Shown here: positions 8,150 to 18,687 of the stretch, one piece after another
How the letters are laid out: the number at the start of each line of letters is the position of its first letter
Numbering within the stretch: the first letter of the stretch is position 1
Position numbers and translations under genes: made by a program
The notes under the pieces: generated by a model
The model's database searches: none
The model's input: the letters and a program-made list of their open reading frames with translations, nothing else
Told to the model about the DNA's origin: nothing
Assembly (NCBI GenBank): GCA_949840885.1
Contig: CATKYJ010000002.1
Span: 14,115 to 78,114 of the forward strand
DNA length: 64,000 bases
Source: an uncultured Acetatifactor sp.
GTDB lineage: Bacteria; Bacillota; Clostridia; Lachnospirales; Lachnospiraceae
Reading direction: 5' to 3'

Positions 8150-10057
8150 ATGCCAGTACATAACGCCAATCTGCTTATCAGGGAAGCCAGGATAAAAGCC
8201 GGACTCACGCAAGAACAGCTCTCCGAGGGCATCTGCACGCCGCAGGCGCTCTCCCGGATAGAGACTGGCACGGCAAACGTCAGCCATGTCACCTTTCAGG
8301 CGCTTATGGAGCGCGCCGGGGTGCAATATGGCCGTTTTCCGGTCTTCAGCAGCCGGGACGGGTTTGAATGCTTCTATGGATTGAAGCGTGTCCGTCTCTA
8401 TCTGGATGCCTGGCAGTTAGAGTCTGCCTATGAAGAGCTTGGCAAGCTGGAGGAGAAGAACTGGGCCGACAACCGGCTATACTATCAGGAGTGGCTGCTG
8501 CTCCACTGCAGGCTGCAATTTCTTTCGGGGTGCTGCTCTCATCAGGAGAATTATGACACTCTGCTGGACGCACTGCACATTACCAGGCCGGATATTGACT
8601 TGTCGGGCTTTCATGCGCTCCTCCTGTCGCAGAATGAGATTCAGCTTTTGACATTAATAGCCCAAGAGGCTCTCTGCCTGGATATGGCGACGCTCTGCCG
8701 CCAGATTTGTGCACAGCTGGATACCTGTCTGGCGGACAGTACCTTTGCACTGATCGAAAAAGAGAGGATGCAGGCGGATGCTGCCATTGTTTATGTAAAA
8801 TATCTGATTGGAGTAGAAGACTTTGACAATGCTTTTGAATTGGCTGACGCTTATCGCAAAAAGGCTGCTTTCAATGCCTATGATGCGCCTCTGGTCGAAC
8901 TGACCTTTTTGACCGGATTATGCAGTCATTATACCGGAAAGACCGAACTTGCGGATACCCATATTAAGGCGGCTTTCTACTCCGCCCAGGCAATCGAAAG
9001 CTGCTATGCTACCAGATGCAGGGATTATCTTAAAAAAGAGACTAGCTATTCGATTACCGGAAGTATGAAAGACTTTCCTACCATTCCCCTGACAGCATTC
9101 CCGCCTAAAGCTTTCACGGATTCCGTTCATGTTACGGACGGAATCCGTGAAGAAGATACTGCGGATGCCTATACCTTAGGACATCTGATTCAAGATTTGC
9201 GCTTGGAACAGAATGTTAGCCAGTCGGTTCTCTGTCATGGTTTGTGCAGCAAATCAAAACTTTCCAAAATAGAAAATGACTCTTTGCAGCCAGATATTGC
9301 CCTTGCTACTGCCTTGCTACAGAGACTTGGCATATCTGGGAAAATATTCCCTTCTTGGGGAAATAAAAAAGAAGCAGAATTTTATGATTTGCACTTCAAG
9401 GTGATACATAATCGAAATGTTTCAAAAGAGACACTAAAAAAATATTTAAGCCAAATGAAAACAATGCTTGATTCGAAAGATGTTCTGTATCATCAAGAAT
9501 ATCTCGCCAATGTAGCCTTTCAATCGGATTCTTCTGATGAAAGAATCCGCTGTCTGACCGAAGCATTACTACTTACGCTGCCAAGCTTTGATATACATGA
9601 AATCTACAGTTACAGACTGACATGCGAAGAATTATCTATCCTGAATAATATAGGCCATGAATACAGAAATACAACCAAGTCACATTTATGCTCTCTATAT
9701 TTTTTGCAGATATTATCCTATGTGCAAAAAACAGAACCTGACGTTTTATTACAAGCCGGATTTCTGCCACTTACTGATTATATGTACTGCCATAGCCTAT
9801 ATATATTAAAATTCTATCAGGAGACTACTATGCTCCCTGATTCCTTTGATATGTCTGTCATAAAACGCTATATCAATAGCTACGGTCTTTTCTTATTCTG
9901 TTATTCTCAAGCTTTGGGAGAATGTAGCCGCCGTGAAGAAGCACATACGACTGCGATACAATCGTTTGCTATTAGTATATTAACAGAACACCCCAAAAAT
10001 GCAACTGCGCTAAAACGATATCTTCATGACGATTTTGCCCTTGATTTGAAATATTAA
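8150..10057 (+). CDS. Rgg/PlcR (RRNPP)-like regulator with two tandem HTH+helical modules
   Basis: HTH1 IREARIKAGLTQEQLSEGICTPQALSRIETG; HTH2 IQDLRLEQNVSQSVLCHGLCSKSKLSKIEND; GGAGG RBS. Confidence 0.75.
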   Translation: MPVHNANLLIREARIKAGLTQEQLSEGICTPQALSRIETGTANVSHVTFQALMERAGVQYGRFPVFSSRDGFECFYGLKRVRLYLDAWQLESAYEELGKLEEKNWADNRLYYQEWLLLHCRLQFLSGCCSHQENYDTLLDALHITRPDIDLSGFHALLLSQNEIQLLTLIAQEALCLDMATLCRQICAQLDTCLADSTFALIEKERMQADAAIVYVKYLIGVEDFDNAFELADAYRKKAAFNAYDAPLVELTFLTGLCSHYTGKTELADTHIKAAFYSAQAIESCYATRCRDYLKKETSYSITGSMKDFPTIPLTAFPPKAFTDSVHVTDGIREEDTADAYTLGHLIQDLRLEQNVSQSVLCHGLCSKSKLSKIENDSLQPDIALATALLQRLGISGKIFPSWGNKKEAEFYDLHFKVIHNRNVSKETLKKYLSQMKTMLDSKDVLYHQEYLANVAFQSDSSDERIRCLTEALLLTLPSFDIHEIYSYRLTCEELSILNNIGHEYRNTTKSHLCSLYFLQILSYVQKTEPDVLLQAGFLPLTDYMYCHSLYILKFYQETTMLPDSFDMSVIKRYINSYGLFLFCYSQALGECSRREEAHTTAIQSFAISILTEHPKNATALKRYLHDDFALDLKY

Positions 10058-10086
10058 TTTCTCCACAGCCTGGCAAAATGTCCATA

Positions 10087-10317
10087 TTATAATGTTATAT
10101 ACTTAACATCATCTTCTTCCTCCCAATCCCCACAGGGCATAATCCCCTCATCGCCCTCATTGCCCGTCCCCGGCTGCTCGCTTCCGGTCAGAACCTCCCC
10201 GGGCAAGCCTCCCTCGCCAGTCCCTGTGGGAGGCAGCACTGCCGGAGCCAGCAACAGACTTGCAGCCAGAGCCTGTGTCAGAATCTTCTTGATCCCATTT
10301 TTCCATTTCATTCCCAT
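10087..10317 (-). CDS. 76-aa secreted acidic propeptide (signalling or precursor peptide candidate)
   Basis: AAAGGAG RBS, TGgTATAAT at 10363-10355; basic N-terminus plus hydrophobic signal-like stretch, Gly/Pro/Glu linker, C-terminal GIMPCGDWEEEDDVKYITL. Confidence 0.7.
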   Translation of the reverse strand: MGMKWKNGIKKILTQALAASLLLAPAVLPPTGTGEGGLPGEVLTGSEQPGTGNEGDEGIMPCGDWEEEDDVKYITL

Positions 10318-10537
10318 ATCAATCTTCTCCTTTGTGATATTTTTTCCAGCACACATTATACCACGGCTGTATCTTTAAGATTGATTATAGCAACATAATA
10401 AACCAGATAGAATATCCTGATCGGAAAACATTCTGTTTCTATTTATGTTGAATGCAGCGATAAAGCCTCTTAAAGCGGTGGCAAATTTGACCGTTCGTGA
10501 GTATAATAAAAGAAAAGGTTCCCACAGGAGACCGGCT

Positions 10538-10975
10538 ATGGCAATCACATCCCTGGACATTCTGAATCTGTCACATTCTCTGAAAGACATCTGCGAGGTA
10601 AACTGCAATACCCCCGAATGTCTTTCCCAGGCTTTGAAGCTTTTGATGCAGTACAACCTGATTCAGGCGAATCTGCAGTTCTCCAGGCAGTTCTGTCAGG
10701 CTGCCGATGCCCAGGCCTGTCTAACTGCAGCGCACGCTGCCCACACTCCGGCTGTACCCGCCTCGCCTTGCCCGCATGCTTCTGCTCTTCCTGCTGCTCC
10801 TGATGCACATGCATCCACTGCGTCCGCGGCTTTTTGTCCCCAGGTTTCCACTGCGCCTCCGGCTCCCTGTCCGCATAGCTCTGTTGCCCCTGCCGCCCCT
10901 GTCTCCCCCACCACCGACAGGCCTCCCATCCGGCTCGACATTGGCGACCCGTTTCTGGCGGACTATGAAGAATAA
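10538..10975 (+). CDS. Hypothetical 145-aa protein with five 11-aa Pro/Ala/His repeats
   Basis: AGGAG RBS, TATAAT upstream; repeat block at aa 67-121. Confidence 0.6.
   Translation: MAITSLDILNLSHSLKDICEVNCNTPECLSQALKLLMQYNLIQANLQFSRQFCQAADAQACLTAAHAAHTPAVPASPCPHASALPAAPDAHASTASAAFCPQVSTAPPAPCPHSSVAPAAPVSPTTDRPPIRLDIGDPFLADYEE
10736..10900 (+). repeat. Degenerate 33-bp (11-aa) coding tandem repeat, 5 units
   Basis: AAHTPAVPASP / CPHASALPAAP / DAHASTASAAF / CPQVSTAPPAP / CPHSSVAPAAP. Confidence 0.7.
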
Positions 10976-10979
10976 ATTT

Positions 10980-12185
10980 TCAGTATTCTTTCCTCAACAG
11001 AAAATCCGCTAAATACATGATCTTCACCCCATCAATATTGCCTGCGGCGAGTTCGTCAAGGGTGACGATATACTTCGGATAGTGGTCTCTGATTTCAAGC
11101 AGATTTGCAAGCTCGCGGTCAGATTCCTCCGGCAGGTTGCGGCACACCTGTACATAAATGCGCTCATCCCGCCGCACTGCCACAAAGTCGATTTCTTTTG
11201 TCTCGTTCTTGCCGATATAGACCTGGTAGCCCTTTCTGCGCAGTTCGAAATATACAATATTTTCAAGCATAGCCGCAACGGCTGTAGGGTGAAATCCCAT
11301 CATGCAATATTTCAGAGAAGCATCGGCAAGATAAAATTTCTCCTGGGTTTTCAGCACGGATTTTCCCTGCAGGTCGTACCGCTGACAGCGGTAGATGACA
11401 AAGGCTTTTTCCAGCCATTCCAGGTAGTTGTACACCGATTCCACAGAGAGGGCGCGTCCCTCGCTTTTCAGAAACTTCACGATAGCATTGGCGGAAAAGT
11501 TCTTGCCCACATTTTCAACCACATATTTTACAACGCGGTTGAATAGGTCAAAGTTTGTGATATGATGTCGTTTCGTTATATCGCTTGTGATAACGGAATG
11601 GTATATGCCCTCAATGATCTGATAGGCAGTTCTTTGATCAAACTGACTCAGCGCCACAACCGGGAAGCCGCCCATGCGAATGTATTCGGCAAGCATTTCT
11701 TTGGACGTGGCTCCGCTTTCTTTTTTGAACTCCATATACTCGGCAAAGGACAGCGTAAACACAGGAATAGAGACATAACGTCCCGTCAGATAGGTGGATA
11801 TCTCACTTGACATCAGCCTGGAATTGGATCCGGTTACATATAGATCCGTGTTGGCGTTTTCAAGCAGACTGTTGACGGCTTTTTCCCAACCGGTGATTTC
11901 CTGCACTTCGTCCAGCAAGAGATAATAGCGCTCTCCATCGGTCATTTTCTCCCTGATACCATGGTACATATCCTTATCCGTCATGCCGTCGTCAAAATCC
12001 TCTGAGGTATAGCGCATACGGATGATGTGGTCTGCAGGAATGCCGCTTTTTATCAAATCATTCTGCAGCATTTCCAAAATTGTGGATTTTCCGCAGCGGC
12101 GTATACCCGCTAGGATTTTCACCAGCGGCACGTCACGATAAGTTTTCAGCATATCTAAATAGTGGGGTCTAATAATAATTTTCAT
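10980..12185 (-). CDS. AAA+ ATPase (AAA_14 + DUF4143 type)
   Basis: GIRRCGKS Walker A, LLLDEVQ Walker B, TGSNS, GGFP, LENIVYFEL...EIDFV; GGAGG RBS. Confidence 0.88.
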   Translation of the reverse strand: MKIIIRPHYLDMLKTYRDVPLVKILAGIRRCGKSTILEMLQNDLIKSGIPADHIIRMRYTSEDFDDGMTDKDMYHGIREKMTDGERYYLLLDEVQEITGWEKAVNSLLENANTDLYVTGSNSRLMSSEISTYLTGRYVSIPVFTLSFAEYMEFKKESGATSKEMLAEYIRMGGFPVVALSQFDQRTAYQIIEGIYHSVITSDITKRHHITNFDLFNRVVKYVVENVGKNFSANAIVKFLKSEGRALSVESVYNYLEWLEKAFVIYRCQRYDLQGKSVLKTQEKFYLADASLKYCMMGFHPTAVAAMLENIVYFELRRKGYQVYIGKNETKEIDFVAVRRDERIYVQVCRNLPEESDRELANLLEIRDHYPKYIVTLDELAAGNIDGVKIMYLADFLLRKEY

Positions 12186-12272
12186 AGATGCCTCCTTTTT
12201 ATTAGTATATGTGAAAAACTTTGGAACAGTCAATAGTTTTTTCTTTTATACCATAAAAACTTTCCCATGTGT

Positions 12273-13208
12273 TCAGATGCCAAACTGGCAGAAAGCAATG
12301 CTGTAGTTATCTTCAGGATAGTTTTCCACATTGAAAGACATCTCTTTCATTATGTCATTCTCATAAGCGGTAAAATTTGCAGTCGGGGCATACTGTAAAT
12401 TTAACTGTCGTGCAAGTATATGTTGCTTTCCGCTCGTGAGTCGGGTAACTTGGCAAGTTTTAGCAACGGTCAATATAAATTCCTCCCAGAGCAGACGTCT
12501 GCCATTTGGCAAAACCGTGGCATCAATGTGTGCAGATTTCAGGCCAGCGCTGCCTTGCGGCTCCTGGGCCTCCCGGGGCAATAGTTCCGTCTCCAGAACC
12601 CCTGCAATGCCTTTGCCTGTCAGCTTCCCATAGGCCTCTTTCCTGGCCCACAGCCTGTAGAACAGCTTCTCCCGCTCCTCGCCCGCCTGCTCTGCCGCTA
12701 TCGCCTCCGCTTCCCGCTTCGAAAAAAAGCGCCCGGAAATCTTCTCCACGTTTTTCCCGCAGTGCTGCTGGATATCTGCTCCGATTTCCTCTTCGGAGAC
12801 GGCGCAGAGGACGTAGTTCCCTGAATGGGACAGGTTGAACTGTAATGGAAAATCCCTGAAATACGGTTTTCCGTTCTCCCCATATCGGTATGCAAGAGGG
12901 AAATATGGGAGATCCTCTAATCTCTCCAGCAATTCAGTGACAGAATATCTGCCTAAGTCGTAAAAACTGCCCGCGCTGCCTGCGCGGACCGCCTCCCCCA
13001 CAGCCAGCTGCAGCAAAAGCCCGCCTCCCAGGCAGGCCGCCCGTGCTTTGGTCGTTCTCATGCGCCCGGCTCTTTCGCGCCTCTCTTCGTCCACCCTGAA
13101 AGAGGCCCTCTGAAAGAGGGCCTCCCATCCTGAACCTTGTCCTAAATTTTGTTCCGGAACTTCTTTTATCAACTCTTCTATCGAAAGAAGATACCTAGCC
13201 TCATACAT
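12273..13208 (-). CDS. 4'-phosphopantetheinyl transferase (Sfp type) with C-terminal insertion
   Basis: YGENGKPY, FNLSHSG, IGADIQ, FYRLWARKEAYGKLTGKGI. Confidence 0.88.
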   Translation of the reverse strand: MYEARYLLSIEELIKEVPEQNLGQGSGWEALFQRASFRVDEERRERAGRMRTTKARAACLGGGLLLQLAVGEAVRAGSAGSFYDLGRYSVTELLERLEDLPYFPLAYRYGENGKPYFRDFPLQFNLSHSGNYVLCAVSEEEIGADIQQHCGKNVEKISGRFFSKREAEAIAAEQAGEEREKLFYRLWARKEAYGKLTGKGIAGVLETELLPREAQEPQGSAGLKSAHIDATVLPNGRRLLWEEFILTVAKTCQVTRLTSGKQHILARQLNLQYAPTANFTAYENDIMKEMSFNVENYPEDNYSIAFCQFGI

Positions 13209-13211
13209 CTC

Positions 13212-14993
<1,782 letters not shown>

Positions 14994-15038
14994 TTTGATT
15001 CCTCGTTTTCCGTGTCCTTGCTATGACGCTCTTCTATT

Positions 15039-15132
15039 CTGTATTTTCCCGTTTATTTCCTATCTGTATTTCGCATCCCTGTATTTCGCATTCCCGTATT
15101 TCATATTCCTGTATTTCGTATTTCTGTAATTC
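15039..15132. repeat. Intergenic 15-bp degenerate tandem repeat (CTGTATTTCGCATTC-like)
   Basis: Units start at 15064, 15079, 15094, 15109, 15124 plus a degenerate copy at 15039. Confidence 0.8.
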
Positions 15133-15187
15133 TTTTTTCGCTGTCCTGGAAATACTTCTGCCGTTTGCTGCGATCAGCCTTTGGCGT

Positions 15188-16456
15188 CTAGTTCTTCAAA
15201 GCCTCCCTATAGAACTCCACGAATTCTTGGTACCCCTCGGCCTCCAGCTGCTCTTTCTGGAATTTCTTGTTCTTGTTCATCCGAACCACCAGCACCTGCC
15301 CGCCCTCTTCTCTCGCTTTCTGGGCTTTGGCGATTACATCAGCCATGGCCTGGCCCTCTACGCCTTTCTCCACCAGGTAGGCTGTCTTTTTCGGCGCATT
15401 CGGCACCTGGAACCCGCTCTCCATCAAAAGCAGTATGATCCGCTCAAAGCCGATGGAGAATCCGCAGGCCGGCACATCCTTGCCGGTGAATTTCCCCACC
15501 ATCTTATCGTACCTGCCGCCGCCTCCGCAGCTTGCGCCCAGGCCAGGGATGGCGATCTCAAAGATGGGGCCCGTATAATAAGACATCCCCCGCACCAGCG
15601 TAGGGTCGAATACCATCCGAAAATCTGCCGTCTTCGCCGCCTCTACGCTGTCTATGATCTCCTGCAGGCCCTCCACCGCCGAAATCCCCTGAACTTGAGA
15701 TTCCCCCAGTTTCTCCGCCGCATACTGCAGACCATCTTCTGCCTGTTCCAGACCCGCGTACAGTTCCAGATAGCGCTCCACTGTGTCTGAAGCAAATCCG
15801 TTCTCCAGAAGTTCCGCCCTCACGCCGTCCATGCCGATCTTGTCCATCTTGTCCAAGGTAATAAAGACGCTATCGTAATCCTCCTCTTTAAACCCGCTGT
15901 CTGCCGCCATAGCTTTCAGAAGCTGCCTGTCGTTGATGCGGATTTCAAAGTCTTTGAAACCAATCTTCCCCAAAGTAGTAGTAGTAGCCAGGATAAGTTC
16001 GATCTCCGCCAGGTTGGAGGCCTCCCCGAAGATGTCAATATCGCATTGGGTAAACTGGCGGAACCGCCCTCTCTGGGGCCTGTCCGCCCGCCACACACTG
16101 CCCGTCTGCAGCGCCTTGAATGGGGCAGGCAGTTGGGCAACATTGTTGGAATAATACCGCACCAGTGGCACGGTCAGGTCATAGCGCAGCCCGCCGTCCA
16201 CCACTTCCTCCTCTGTAAGAGCCTCCGCTATCTTCAGCTTCTCACCCCTCTTTAAAATCTTGAAGATCAGCTTCTCATTGTCGCCGCCCTGCTTGTTGGT
16301 CAGGTTTGCAATGTTCTCCACGCAGGGAGTCTCAATGGAAGTAAATCCGTATTTGCCGTAGGTATCCTTGATCACGCCGATGACATAATCCCGAATCTGC
16401 ATCTCCTCCGGCAGGATATCCCGCATGCCCGTCACAGGCTTTTTACTCAGTGCCAT
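15188..16456 (-). CDS. hisS: Histidine--tRNA ligase
   Basis: GMRDILP, LRYDLTVP, WRADRPQRGRFRQFTQCDIDI, LVRGMSYYTG, GGGRYD, SIGFER; GGAG RBS before ATG 16456. Confidence 0.96.
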   Translation of the reverse strand: MALSKKPVTGMRDILPEEMQIRDYVIGVIKDTYGKYGFTSIETPCVENIANLTNKQGGDNEKLIFKILKRGEKLKIAEALTEEEVVDGGLRYDLTVPLVRYYSNNVAQLPAPFKALQTGSVWRADRPQRGRFRQFTQCDIDIFGEASNLAEIELILATTTTLGKIGFKDFEIRINDRQLLKAMAADSGFKEEDYDSVFITLDKMDKIGMDGVRAELLENGFASDTVERYLELYAGLEQAEDGLQYAAEKLGESQVQGISAVEGLQEIIDSVEAAKTADFRMVFDPTLVRGMSYYTGPIFEIAIPGLGASCGGGGRYDKMVGKFTGKDVPACGFSIGFERIILLLMESGFQVPNAPKKTAYLVEKGVEGQAMADVIAKAQKAREEGGQVLVVRMNKNKKFQKEQLEAEGYQEFVEFYREALKN

Positions 16457-16580
16457 ATCTCCTGTCAGGCAGTCTCTGCCCGACTTCCTCCTCTCTGTTT
16501 TCCAGCTTTTTTCTATCCATACTATAAAGACGCATATCCCTGATGTCTGCTTCTTATCATATGTTTTTTTCCGATATCTG

Positions 16581-17819
16581 TCAATCCCGTTTGAATAAAT
16601 CTCTGGTATACACCTTGTCCGCAACCGGATCCAGGCAGGCGTCGTAGCGGTTTGCGATAATGCAGTCCGACCGGCGGAAGAATTCCTCCAGGTCATTTAC
16701 CACCACACTGCCGAAAAAGGTGCTCCCATCCTCCAGGGTGGGCTCGTAAATCACGATATTAGCCCCTTTGCCCTTGATGCGCTTCATGACGCCCTGGATG
16801 GAGCTCTGGCGGAAGTTGTCGCTGTTGCTCTTCATGGTGAGACGGTATACGCCTACTGTCGTCGTCTTCTCATAGGAGCTGTCATAATCCGACTGCTCGG
16901 AATAAGAGTAATAGCCCGCTTTCCGCAATACCTGGTCCGCCACAAATTCCTTTCTGGTACGGTTGGATTCCACAATGGCCTCGATGAGATTCTCCGGAAC
17001 ATTGCTGTAATTGGCCAACAGCTGTTTGGTATCCTTAGGCAGGCAGTACCCGCCGTAACCAAAGGACGGATTGTTATAATGGTCCCCGATCCTGGGATCC
17101 AGGCAGACGCCCTCTATGATCTGCCTGGTGTCTAAGCCTTTCACCTCCGCGTATGTATCCAGCTCATTGAAAAAGCTCACCCGCAGCGCCAGATAGGTGT
17201 TGGCAAAGAGCTTCACGGCTTCGGCTTCCGTGGAGCCGACGAGAAGCACAGGCACCTCTTTCTTCAGGGCCGCCTCTGTCAAAAGGCCCGCAAAGCTTTC
17301 GGCTCTTTTGCGCATTTCCTGATTTCCCGTATCGTAACCCACGATAATCCTGGAGGGATACAGATTGTCATACAGAGCCTTTGTCTCCCGCAGGAATTCC
17401 GGACTGAACAGAATGCGGTCCGTCTGCTTCTGCGCACTGAGCTTAGCCGTGTATCCTACCGGGATGGTGGATTTTATCACGATGCTGGCCCTGGCATTGG
17501 CCTTTAGGGCCGCCTCCACTACGCTTTCCACCGCTGATGTGTCAAAATAGTTATTCTTGCTGTTGTAATTGGTAGGTGTGGCCACAACGATGATATCCGC
17601 GTCTGCGTATGCCGCCTGCGCATCCGTTGTAGCCGACAGATGGAGCGGTCTTTCCCGCAGGTATTCCTCCAGCTCCGCATCCCTTATGGGGGATTGTCTC
17701 TCATTGATCAGCTTCACCTTTTCGGGAACGATATCCAGCGCCGTCACTTCATTCTCCTGAGCCAGCAGCACTGCCAGCGACAGGCCCACATAGCCCGTTC
17801 CTACAACTGTAATCTTCAT
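16581..17819 (-). CDS. ugd: UDP-glucose 6-dehydrogenase
   Basis: GTGYVG Rossmann motif, [32 protein letters not shown]. Confidence 0.93.
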   Translation of the reverse strand: MKITVVGTGYVGLSLAVLLAQENEVTALDIVPEKVKLINERQSPIRDAELEEYLRERPLHLSATTDAQAAYADADIIVVATPTNYNSKNNYFDTSAVESVVEAALKANARASIVIKSTIPVGYTAKLSAQKQTDRILFSPEFLRETKALYDNLYPSRIIVGYDTGNQEMRKRAESFAGLLTEAALKKEVPVLLVGSTEAEAVKLFANTYLALRVSFFNELDTYAEVKGLDTRQIIEGVCLDPRIGDHYNNPSFGYGGYCLPKDTKQLLANYSNVPENLIEAIVESNRTRKEFVADQVLRKAGYYSYSEQSDYDSSYEKTTTVGVYRLTMKSNSDNFRQSSIQGVMKRIKGKGANIVIYEPTLEDGSTFFGSVVVNDLEEFFRRSDCIIANRYDACLDPVADKVYTRDLFKRD

Positions 17820-17905
17820 AATCCTCTACTCCACTCCTCTTCTGAAATCCATGAAAGCCCTATCATGATGGAGCCGTCCGGCCCTCTCCTGTCACGAATA
17901 CAGAG

Positions 17906-17934
17906 ATTATATCATAAAGAAAAAAAGAAGTCTA
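17906..17934 (-). promoter_or_regulatory. sigma-A promoter of ugd with T7 tract in spacer
   Basis: TAGACT-17-TATAAT with extended TG; -35 overlaps the recombinase stop codon. Confidence 0.6.
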
Positions 17935-18531
17935 CTGCCCCTTGCAATATCCGGCCTTTCGGTAAAAGGACGTATAGGGCATGCCGCAGAGCCTTGCCGC
18001 CTCCTTTCCCGTAATCTCTCCCGCCCTCCACCGCTCACAGGCCTCCTCAAAGTTCTCCGGCAGGGGTTTTAGAGGTCTTCCGAAATTTACGCCCCGCAGC
18101 TTTGCCGCCTCGATTCCCTCCCGCTGTCTTTCCCGGATGTTCTTCCGCTCATTCTCCGCCACAAAGGACAGCACCTGCAGCACGATATCACTTAAGAATG
18201 TCCCCACCAAGTCCTTGCCCCGTCTGGTATCCAGCAGGGGCATGTCCAGCACCACGATGTCCACTTTCTTCTCCTTGGTCAGAATCCGCCACTGCTCCAG
18301 CACTTCCCCATAATTTCTTCCCAGGCGGTCAATGCTTTTGATATAGAGCAGATCGTCCTGACGCAGACGCCGCAGCAATTTCTGGTACATGGGACGGTTA
18401 AAATCCTTTCCGGACTGCTTGTCCACATAAATGTTCTGTTTTGGCACTTCGGCACTGTTTAAGGCAATCATCTGCCTGTCCTCATTCTGCTCCCTTGTGC
18501 TTACGCGCACATATCCGTACTGATTTCCCAT
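17932..18531 (-). CDS. Small serine recombinase (resolvase/invertase family)
   Basis: YGYVRVST catalytic motif, SGKDFNRP, SIDRLGR, FGRP and C-terminal HTH. Confidence 0.93.
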   Translation of the reverse strand: MGNQYGYVRVSTREQNEDRQMIALNSAEVPKQNIYVDKQSGKDFNRPMYQKLLRRLRQDDLLYIKSIDRLGRNYGEVLEQWRILTKEKKVDIVVLDMPLLDTRRGKDLVGTFLSDIVLQVLSFVAENERKNIRERQREGIEAAKLRGVNFGRPLKPLPENFEEACERWRAGEITGKEAARLCGMPYTSFYRKAGYCKGQ

Positions 18532-18594
18532 CGGTTTCTCCTTTGTATTCCTGCAGTGTCTTACCGTCCGTTATAAACGGAAAATTTGGGGGAC

Positions 18595-18629
18595 AAAAAA
18601 AGGACAATCGAATCCGATTGCCCCTTTTA
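18595..18629 (-). terminator. Intrinsic terminator upstream of the recombinase
   Basis: AAAAGGGGCAATCG-GATT-CGATTGTCCTTTTTTT. Confidence 0.75.
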
Positions 18630-18643
18630 TCTCCGCTTACCTT

Positions 18644-18672
18644 ATACTACTATTTTCCCTGTCGGGAGTCAA
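18644..18672 (-). promoter_or_regulatory. sigma-A-like promoter immediately upstream of that terminator
   Basis: TTGACT-17-TAGTAT. Confidence 0.5.
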
Positions 18673-18687
18673 TACTTACCTCTCGTG

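Noticed and set aside
15039..15132. Mini CRISPR array or T-box leader for aspS/hisS
   Set aside because: Contiguous 15-bp units without spacers, no cas genes, and no T-box consensus or antiterminator seen
17932..18531. Tn3-like transposon or prophage around the recombinase
   Set aside because: No transposase, terminal inverted repeats, integrase or phage genes found
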